A stretch of DNA of 64,000 nt from assembly GCF_035497235.1 (NCBI RefSeq), contig NZ_DATJEB010000052.1, positions 21,260 through 85,259 of the forward strand. The letters are read 5' to 3'. The DNA comes from Agriterribacter sp. (GTDB lineage: Bacteria; Bacteroidota; Bacteroidia; Chitinophagales; Chitinophagaceae). The notes below the pieces were generated by a model. The model saw only the letters and a program-made list of their open reading frames with translations. It searched no databases and had not been told where the DNA came from. Shown here piece after piece: positions 56,906 to 64,000 of this stretch; within the stretch, counting starts at the first letter, position 1, and the number at the start of each line of letters is the position of its first letter. A program made the position numbers and the translations under genes.

Positions 56906-59900
56906 TATCCCATTCACCTTAAACTATATAATCAAACGCATGATGGCGGCCTCCGGGGTTAGTGTCTTCGCTAACCCCATAATCACAAAATCTAAATGGA
57001 ATGCTTATACACCGGTAATATTAATTATCCTACTGGGAACAAGTAGCCTTTTCACTTCCTGCAAACAAAAACCGCCGGCAGTAACAGATGGGTTAAGGGT
57101 TCCGGAAGGATATACGATAGAACGGGTAGCGGGGCCAGACCTGCTCTCCTACCCCATGTTTGCCAGTTTTGATAACCAGGGCCGGCTTTTTGTAATCGAG
57201 TCGAGCGGAAAAACAACGTCTACTGAAGATGTATTAGAGAATCCAACTTTTCAAATCCGGCTTTTGGAAGATATGGATGACGATGGAGTTTTTGATAAGA
57301 GCATCGTATACGCAGATCATATTTCCTATCCAATGGGCGCCTATTTTTACCGGGGAAGCTTATATGTAGCCGCACCGCCCAACCTCATGCGCTTTACGGA
57401 TGCAGATGGAGATGGCATAGCCGAAAAGCGGGAAGCAGTATTGAGCGGATGGGTGCTGCATCATAATGCGGCCACGCTGAGCGGACCTTTTATGGGGCCC
57501 GATGGCTGGTTGTATTTAGCCGACGCCCGGCGCGGATTTAGCATTACAACAAAAGAAGGCGACTCCCTAACGGGAAAGGGCGCACGAATTTGGCGATGCC
57601 GGCCGGATGGAACGGGATTGGAATCTGTTTCGGGCGGAGGCTTCGACAACTCCGTAGAGATTGCTTTTATGCCTTCGGGCGAAACAATAGGAACAATGAC
57701 CTATTTCACCGATCCTAAAGACGGGTTTCGTGATGCCGTGATGCATTGGGTGGAAGGCGGCGTGTATCCCAAACCCAACAGCGTTATTGAAGAAGACCAC
57801 CTGAAGTTAACGGGTGAACTGATGCCTGTGATGACAAAGCTGGCGCGGATATCTCATGCGGGTATAATGCGCTATCGCGGATCGGCGTTTGGCGCCGCAT
57901 TCAAAGGCAATTTATTTACCGCCCAGTTTAATACGGGGCGAATTATGCGGCATATTATTACCCCGGAAGGCGCTACGTTTAAAACTGCAGACGAACCTTT
58001 TATGCAATCCGATAGTTTGGATATGCATCCAACGGATATACTGGAAGATGCGGATGGCAGTTTGCTGATGGTGAATACCGGCGGCTGGTTTATTGCGGGC
58101 TGCCCACTTTCTGTGGTGGCTAAAACCAACGTATTGGGTGGCATTTACCGCATTCGCAAAACGGGTGCGCCGGTTGTAAACGATCCCTGGGGAAGGAAAT
58201 TGAATTTTAAAGAGATGCCCGTACCTGATCTTGTTAAATATATGATGGATGATCGGCCTTTTGTTCGCGACAATGCTATAGAACAAATTGTTATAACCGG
58301 CGAACCCGCTGTTGATGCACTTAAAAATGCAATACCCACTATTAAAGATGAAGAACTGCGTGCGGCAGCAGTGTTTGCCCTTTCGCGCATAAACACCGCA
58401 TCCGCAAAAGAGGGCGTGCGTAAAGCATTGGATGATCAAAGCGTTATTGTACGTACCGCTGCAGCCCGCATGGCGGGTATAGCAAAAGACAAAGAGGCAC
58501 TGAATAAGTTAATGCAAATGGTGCGGCAAGATGAAGCCCCCGCCCGGCGGCAGGCCGCAACAGCGCTTGGCCAAATTGGCGATGAAAAGGCGGTAGCGGC
58601 ACTTATAAGCGCTTCCAAAAACCCTGATGGCCGTTTTGTAGAACATGCAATAATTTATTCGCTCATCACCCTGAAAAAAGTGGCACCCCTGACACTTGCA
58701 TTAAACAATAGCTCTGTTAATATGCGTAAGGCGGCATTGGTGGCGCTCGATCAGATGGACGGTTCACCACTGCAAAAAAATCAGTTAGCTGCTGCTCTGT
58801 CCGATGGAAATAAAACAATCCGTAATACAGGTATATGGGTTGCAATGCATCACCCTAACTGGAGCGACATTGTAACCAACTTCCTGCAAAAGCAATTAAA
58901 TACAGCGGCATTGCCGGAGGAAGAACGATCATCATTACGTGAGCTCATGGCAGCCTTCAGCGATGACAAGACGTTGCAAAAATTCATTGGAGCCCAGTTA
59001 TCAAGTTCAGCAACACCGGTTGAAAAGAAAATGTTTTTGATGGATGTAATTGGCCGCAGTGCGGTTCAAAACATTCCTTCTGCATGGATAAATCCATTGG
59101 GTAATCTATTAAAAGGCGATAATACAACACTCCGTTCCGCGGTATTAGATTTAATTGAATCGCATGGCATTAATACATTGAACAAAGAACTCAACCAAAT
59201 TATACAGGATACAAAGCCTCCCACTGCTTTCAGGCTTAAAGCTTTCAGTGCACGATTAAAGTCGGAGAAATTACTTTCCGATTCGGAATTTCAATTGCTG
59301 TTTCATTTCTTAGATAAAGATCAGGAATCGCCCGTCAGGCAATCTGCAGTGCGTTTGCTTGCCCAGTCTAATGTAAGCGACACGCAATTGCTATCCCTGG
59401 CAAAAGAACAAGTGGCGCAGGCGGATGTTTTTTTACTGCCTTCGCTTATTACTGCGTTTGAAAAAAGCAAAAGTGAAGAAGTAGGCAAGGCACTGATAAC
59501 AGCACTGCAATCTTCCACCAACGGGTTGGGCAGCCTGTCTGTAAAGGACATGCAAAAATTGTTTGACGCATACCCGTCATCCGTGCAGGCATTGGCCGAA
59601 CCCCTTATGAAAACACTGCAAGATCAGCAGGCGTCACGTTTATCGCAGTTGGAACAATTAGAGGCCTCGCTCAAAAGAGGCGATGTGGGAGAAGGGCGCA
59701 ATCTTTTCTTTGGCAAAGCCACCTGTTTCACCTGCCACTCTGTAGAAAAGAATGGGGGGCAGTTTGGGCCTGACCTGACAAATATCGGTGAAATCAGATC
59801 GCGGCACGATTTGCTGGAAGCCATTGTATACCCCAATGCCAGCTTTGCACGGGAGCATGAAACATCAAAAATAATAACCAAAACCAATACGTACACAGGC

Positions 59901-60116
59901 ATCATCACCGAACAATTGCCGGATGCCATCATAGTAGCAACCGGCCCCGGTTCCATCATGCGGGTACCGCGCAGCGAAATCAGTTCCATTGAACTGCAAA
60001 ATGTTTCTATGATGCCACCCGGATTAGACAAAATATTAGACAAACAGGAACTGGCTAACCTGATGGCCTACCTGGTTTCTTTACCTGACGGACTGGGACA
60101 AATAAAAAGTCACTAA
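56898..60116 (+). CDS. Second PVC-type heme-binding lipoprotein (beta-propeller + HEAT + cytochrome c)
   Basis: Lipobox LFTS-C; VPEGYTIERVAGPDLLSYPMFASFDNQGRLFV; GPDGWLY; GGFDNSVE; HPTDILEDADGSLL; HEAT repeats; CFTCH..GPDL..SMMPPGL. Exact start uncertain. Confidence 0.88.
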   Translation: MNNIPFTLNYIIKRMMAASGVSVFANPIITKSKWNAYTPVILIILLGTSSLFTSCKQKPPAVTDGLRVPEGYTIERVAGPDLLSYPMFASFDNQGRLFVIESSGKTTSTEDVLENPTFQIRLLEDMDDDGVFDKSIVYADHISYPMGAYFYRGSLYVAAPPNLMRFTDADGDGIAEKREAVLSGWVLHHNAATLSGPFMGPDGWLYLADARRGFSITTKEGDSLTGKGARIWRCRPDGTGLESVSGGGFDNSVEIAFMPSGETIGTMTYFTDPKDGFRDAVMHWVEGGVYPKPNSVIEEDHLKLTGELMPVMTKLARISHAGIMRYRGSAFGAAFKGNLFTAQFNTGRIMRHIITPEGATFKTADEPFMQSDSLDMHPTDILEDADGSLLMVNTGGWFIAGCPLSVVAKTNVLGGIYRIRKTGAPVVNDPWGRKLNFKEMPVPDLVKYMMDDRPFVRDNAIEQIVITGEPAVDALKNAIPTIKDEELRAAAVFALSRINTASAKEGVRKALDDQSVIVRTAAARMAGIAKDKEALNKLMQMVRQDEAPARRQAATALGQIGDEKAVAALISASKNPDGRFVEHAIIYSLITLKKVAPLTLALNNSSVNMRKAALVALDQMDGSPLQKNQLAAALSDGNKTIRNTGIWVAMHHPNWSDIVTNFLQKQLNTAALPEEERSSLRELMAAFSDDKTLQKFIGAQLSSSATPVEKKMFLMDVIGRSAVQNIPSAWINPLGNLLKGDNTTLRSAVLDLIESHGINTLNKELNQIIQDTKPPTAFRLKAFSARLKSEKLLSDSEFQLLFHFLDKDQESPVRQSAVRLLAQSNVSDTQLLSLAKEQVAQADVFLLPSLITAFEKSKSEEVGKALITALQSSTNGLGSLSVKDMQKLFDAYPSSVQALAEPLMKTLQDQQASRLSQLEQLEASLKRGDVGEGRNLFFGKATCFTCHSVEKNGGQFGPDLTNIGEIRSRHDLLEAIVYPNASFAREHETSKIITKTNTYTGIITEQLPDAIIVATGPGSIMRVPRSEISSIELQNVSMMPPGLDKILDKQELANLMAYLVSLPDGLGQIKSH

Positions 60117-60128
60117 ACTTTGAATACA

Positions 60129-60962
60129 ATGGAAAAAAGAATCCTTATTTTTCTGGCATTCCTTTCCTCCCTGACATTTATTGCAGAAGGCAGTTTTGCA
60201 CAAACCAATACAGCCTTATTAAGTGCCACAGACATAAAAACCAGCAAAACGATTGAGCTCTTCAATGGCAAAAATCTAAAAGGCTGGTACACTTTTATTA
60301 AAGGGCGGGGAAGAGGCAGCGATCCCCAAAAAGTATTTACGGTTAACGATAAGATGATTAGGGTATCGGGTGAGGAATGGGGTTGCATTACTACCAACAA
60401 AGAATATGAAAACTTCACGCTAACTGTTGAATTTAAATGGGGAACAAAAACATGGGAACCACGTGTAAAGAATGCAAGAGATAATGGTATACTGGTACAT
60501 TCTACCGGAATGGATGGCGGTTATGATGGTACCTGGATGCACGGAATTGAATGCCAGATTATAGAAGGCGGCACAGGCGACTTACTGGTGGTTGGCGATA
60601 AAACTGAAAACTTTGCTATTACCTGCCCGGTAGCAACTGAAAAACAGGGAGGCAGTTATCTTTTTCAGCCGGATGGCAAGCCTGTTACTATTCATGGCGG
60701 GCGCATTAACTGGTACGGCCGCGATGCTGACTGGGAGGATGTAATTGATTTTAGGGGAAAAAGCGATGTTGAAAAACCGGTGGGGGAATGGAACAGGATG
60801 GAAGTTGTTGCCAAAGGAAATGATATCTCTATATTTTTAAATGGCGTGCTGGTAAATCAGGCGATGCAGGTTAAACCCGCAAAAGGACGGATACAAATTC
60901 AATCCGAAGGCGCGGAAATGCTGATAAGACGGATCGAACTCACGCCAATAAGTACACAATAG
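60129..60962 (+). CDS. DUF1080 (3-keto-disaccharide hydrolase family) secreted protein
   Basis: Signal peptide; LFNGKNLKGW; YENFTLTVEFKWG; DNGILVHS; IECQI; GEWNRMEV; GRIQIQSEG. Confidence 0.9.
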   Translation: MEKRILIFLAFLSSLTFIAEGSFAQTNTALLSATDIKTSKTIELFNGKNLKGWYTFIKGRGRGSDPQKVFTVNDKMIRVSGEEWGCITTNKEYENFTLTVEFKWGTKTWEPRVKNARDNGILVHSTGMDGGYDGTWMHGIECQIIEGGTGDLLVVGDKTENFAITCPVATEKQGGSYLFQPDGKPVTIHGGRINWYGRDADWEDVIDFRGKSDVEKPVGEWNRMEVVAKGNDISIFLNGVLVNQAMQVKPAKGRIQIQSEGAEMLIRRIELTPISTQ

Positions 60963-61090
60963 CGGGGATAGCCTGCTAAAAAAAGTATCCCGCTAATACT
61001 GCGGTTACCGGACACGGTGAGTATAGAATCTGACATTATCTTACTTCAATGACCAGGAAAATGAAACTTAAAATCTGTAATAAAAAACAA

Positions 61091-62458
61091 ATGTTGCATA
61101 AGCTGCCGCTGAAACCGATTGTGCTTGGATTGTTTATTTTTTTTATTGGTGCAGGCGCAGCTTTTACCCAGCAAATACGCATTGGGATTTTTAATGCGAA
61201 TGTTACGCCACCAATCGGCAGCCCGGTGGCGTATGCTACAGCCCGATCCGTTATGGATTCGCTCAGCGCCAGGGGAATCGTTATTCTTTCGGATGAAAAG
61301 CCCATTGTATTATGCGCTGTAGACTGGATAGGTATTGGAAATGAAGGGCTGGAAGTATGGCGCCGGCGTTTGGCGGCAGCGGCTAATACCAGCATTGACC
61401 GGGTGTCGGTACACGCACTGCATCAGCACGATGGTATTCATTGCGATTTTACCATGGCAAGGATTATGGATGAATATGGTATGGGCGGCATCCGCTTTGA
61501 TACCGCATTTTTATACGCGGCTATTCAGCATGTATCCGATGCCGTTAGTATAGCTGTAAAAAATACACAGCCCGTTACGCATCTTGGTTTTGGACAGGCA
61601 AAGGTTGATAAGGTAGCTTCCAACCGCCGCATATTAGACGAAGACGGTAAGGTGAAAATTATTCGCTGGAGCGCCACTACCGATTCCGCCGCTATAGCCG
61701 CTCCGGAAGGGCTGATTGACCCCTGGTTGAAATGCGTGAGTTTTTGGAATAATGAAAATCCGTTAGCCGTAATGACCTATTATACTACACATCCTCAAAG
61801 TTATTATGGAGACGGTGATGTAACCTGCGAATTTATTGGCATAGCCCGTAATGCAAGAGAGAAAGAAACGGGGGGCATTCCACATATTCATTTTAACGGC
61901 GCCAGCGGTAATATTGCAGCCGGCAAATATAACGATGGCTCTAAAGCCATGCGACCAGCGCTGGCAAAACGGGTAGAAACAGCGATGACTGAAGCCTGGC
62001 ATCAAACTAAAAAAACAGCAATAAGCCAAAAAGATATGAGCTGGAAAAATACGGAGGTAAAACTTCCCCTTGGAAAAAACATATTGGAGGCGGAATTGAG
62101 AACCACCTTATCGGATGAAAAAAAATCAGCAGCGGAAAAAGTGGCGGCGGCAGAAAAATTAGCCTGGTACCAGCGGTCTGTAGCAGGCCAAAAAATAAAT
62201 ATATCCGCTCTGCGGTTAGGCAAGGTGTGGTTGCTGAATTTGCCGGGCGAACTGTTTGTAGAATATCAGTTAGCGGCCCAAAAAATAAAACCGGGTGCAC
62301 AGGTATGCACAGCTGCCTATGAAGATTACGGTCCAGGTTATATTGGTACTAAAATATCCTATACCCAGGGCGGTTACGAAACCAGTGGTATTGTTTCGGG
62401 TACGGCGCCCGAAGTTGAAAAGGTATTAATGAAAGCTATCAAAAAAGTGTTGAAATAA
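61091..62458 (+). CDS. Secreted neutral/alkaline-ceramidase-like (amidase-fold) hypothetical protein
   Basis: Signal peptide; GIFNANVTPPIG; LSARGIVIL..VLCAVDWIG; ALHQHDG; YTTHPQ; FNGASGNI; LPGELFVEYQL; GYIGT..GGYE. Confidence 0.7.
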   Translation: MLHKLPLKPIVLGLFIFFIGAGAAFTQQIRIGIFNANVTPPIGSPVAYATARSVMDSLSARGIVILSDEKPIVLCAVDWIGIGNEGLEVWRRRLAAAANTSIDRVSVHALHQHDGIHCDFTMARIMDEYGMGGIRFDTAFLYAAIQHVSDAVSIAVKNTQPVTHLGFGQAKVDKVASNRRILDEDGKVKIIRWSATTDSAAIAAPEGLIDPWLKCVSFWNNENPLAVMTYYTTHPQSYYGDGDVTCEFIGIARNAREKETGGIPHIHFNGASGNIAAGKYNDGSKAMRPALAKRVETAMTEAWHQTKKTAISQKDMSWKNTEVKLPLGKNILEAELRTTLSDEKKSAAEKVAAAEKLAWYQRSVAGQKINISALRLGKVWLLNLPGELFVEYQLAAQKIKPGAQVCTAAYEDYGPGYIGTKISYTQGGYETSGIVSGTAPEVEKVLMKAIKKVLK

Positions 62459-62490
62459 ACGATAAACTCCCAATTGGAACGGATATTCCC

Positions 62491-62518
62491 CTGTAACTTG
62501 TAACCTGCAACCTGAATC
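62491..62518. repeat. Degenerate 7-mer tandem repeat (4 units)
   Basis: CTGTAAC TTGTAAC CTGCAAC CTGAATC between convergent genes. Confidence 0.5.
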
Positions 62519-62544
62519 AATCTTAAAATTCACCTCCTCCTTCC

Positions 62545-63378
62545 TCAATAATCTCCCAAAGTTTCCGGTAACTGGGCCAGCGCTTTTTGCAACTGCCCGT
62601 CATTGGGCGCAATACCGTGCCACTCGTGCGTTCCTTCCATAAAATCTACCCCTTTTCCCATGGCAGTATGCATCATTATAGCAACGGGTTTACCTTTGCC
62701 GGTAAGTGTTTTTGCTTTATGTAAAGCGGCAACCAGGTCATCCATATCGTTACCATTGGTCTGAAGGGTTGTCCAGCCAAAAACTTCAAATTTTTTACCG
62801 ATATCGCCCAGATCCATCACCTTTTTTGTAGGACCGTCAATTTGCTGACCGTTCCAGTCTATAGTGGAAATAAGGTTATCTACTTTATTATGAGCGGCAA
62901 ACATAATGGCTTCCCAGTTTTGTCCTTCATCTAATTCCCCGTCTCCGTGCAGGGAAAAAACCAACTTATCGTCATTATTTAATTTTTTAGCCAGCGCCGC
63001 TCCTATAGCCACACTCATACCCTGCCCCAGCGATCCCGAAGCTACTCTTATACCCGGCAAGTGCTCGTGGGTGGCGGGATGTCCCTGGAGCCTCGAATTG
63101 AGTTTTCGAAAGCTGGACAGTTCGCTCACCGGAAAATAGCCCGACCTGGCCAGTGTAGCGTAAAACACCGGTGAAATATGCCCGTTTGAAAGAAAGAACA
63201 GGTCTTCACCCCTGCCATCCATATTAAAGGAAGGGTCGTGTTGCATCACATCAAAATAAAGCGCGGTAAAAAAGTCGGCACATCCTAAAGACCCTCCCGG
63301 GTGTCCGCTCTGGCAGGCATGTACCATTCTTACGATGTCTCTTCTGATCTGGGTGGCTATGTTTTTTAATTCTGGCAT
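62545..63378 (-). CDS. tkt: Transketolase, N-terminal (thiamine-diphosphate-binding) subunit
   Basis: GHPGGSLG; LSNGHISP; LQGHP; GSLGQG; HGDGELDEGQNWEA; DWNGQQIDG; GKGVDFME..WHG. Confidence 0.95.
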   Translation of the reverse strand: MPELKNIATQIRRDIVRMVHACQSGHPGGSLGCADFFTALYFDVMQHDPSFNMDGRGEDLFFLSNGHISPVFYATLARSGYFPVSELSSFRKLNSRLQGHPATHEHLPGIRVASGSLGQGMSVAIGAALAKKLNNDDKLVFSLHGDGELDEGQNWEAIMFAAHNKVDNLISTIDWNGQQIDGPTKKVMDLGDIGKKFEVFGWTTLQTNGNDMDDLVAALHKAKTLTGKGKPVAIMMHTAMGKGVDFMEGTHEWHGIAPNDGQLQKALAQLPETLGDY

Positions 63379-63402
63379 AATTTTTAGCTTTTAAAATGGT
63401 GC

Positions 63403-63410
63403 CAAAGCTA
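63403..63410 (-). promoter_or_regulatory. -7 box of the transketolase promoter
   Basis: TAGCTTTG (TAnnTTTG) 25 nt upstream of the ATG; no clear -33 box. Confidence 0.55.
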
Positions 63411-63607
63411 AATAAACTGTTGGATATAAGTAGATACGATTACACTTTTCGGGAAATATAGTTTTATTTCCCAATACTAACAGATTACACCAACCGTTCT
63501 ATACAGGCTGTACGTATCATATAGTATAATATCTAATCGTCATTCTTTGCATTGTATTTATGCAAATAAAATAATTATCATATTTTCGCACCTTTAAAGC
63601 GAACCGG

Positions 63608-64000
63608 ATGGAAATCATTTTGCTGGCAACCATATTAGCTTTCGTTATTACATTTACTGCCATTCCTGTAATTATTAATGTATCTGAAATAAAGAAGCTG
63701 TATGATCTGCCCAATGCGAGAAAGATTCATGCTATACCGGTTCCGTCGCTTGGCGGACTGGGCATATTTGCAGGCTTTATCATTTCATGCCTGATGACTA
63801 TTTCTTTTAGTTCCGCTCCGGGTTTTCAATATTATTTTGCCGCAGCATTGGTTATTTTTTTCCTCGGACTTAAGGATGATATCCTGATCCTTACGCCCAT
63901 GAAAAAGATCATCGGGCAAATTATAGCTGCTTTTATTATCATATACAAGGGCGGTATTGTTATTAAAAGCATGCACGGCTTTCTTGGCGTAAACGAGCTG
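63608..64000 (+). CDS. MraY/WecA-family undecaprenyl-phosphate GlcNAc-1-phosphate transferase (runs off the right edge)
   Basis: Not in the ORF track. ATG 63608: MEIILLATILAFVITF..LYDLPNARKIHAIPVPSLGGLGIFAGF..LGLKDDI..KKIIGQIIAA, open to the edge. Confidence 0.9.
   Translation, partial: MEIILLATILAFVITFTAIPVIINVSEIKKLYDLPNARKIHAIPVPSLGGLGIFAGFIISCLMTISFSSAPGFQYYFAAALVIFFLGLKDDILILTPMKKIIGQIIAAFIIIYKGGIVIKSMHGFLGVNEL

Noticed and set aside
60961-60993. Imperfect hairpin after the second DUF1080 gene as a terminator
   Set aside because: Bulged stem, long A-rich loop and no U-tract on the coding strand; not enough to call.
1118-63976. About 150 short (60-210 aa) ORFs in the track overlapping long genes on the opposite strand or frame
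   Set aside because: Shadow ORFs with no motifs, biased composition and full overlap with well-supported genes; no evidence for overprinting.

Overview
Bacteroidota DNA, Chitinophagaceae-like (T9SS C-terminal domain, SusC/SusD, ECF sigma/FecR pair, TAnnTTTG promoters). About 4-62.5 kb is one large, mosaic polysaccharide-utilisation region. An ECF sigma > FecR > SusC > SusD head is followed by about 15 secreted, mostly family-orphan glycosidase-fold proteins (DUF5703/GH95-like, GH141-like+CBM6, GH29-like, DUF6067, DUF4838, two GH27/36-like, GH120, GH38-like, GH127-like, several unknowns), plus galM and a FAD-oxidoreductase/phosphotriesterase module. The most distinctive element is two independent pairs of a cytochrome-c beta-propeller dehydrogenase-like lipoprotein next to a DUF1080 (3-keto-glycoside hydrolase family) protein. 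This suggests, by inference only, a periplasmic heme-coupled oxidise-then-eliminate route for glycosides. The locus is decaying: susC carries a 4-bp duplication, the GH38-like gene has a single in-frame TAG, and at least seven gene stubs sit between intact genes. The left flank encodes a T9SS-secreted tandem esterase whose second domain lacks the catalytic His. The right flank is housekeeping (transketolase N-subunit, WecA-like transferase). No rRNA, tRNA, CRISPR array, transposase or integrase was seen. All family assignments are motif recognition by eye, not database searches.
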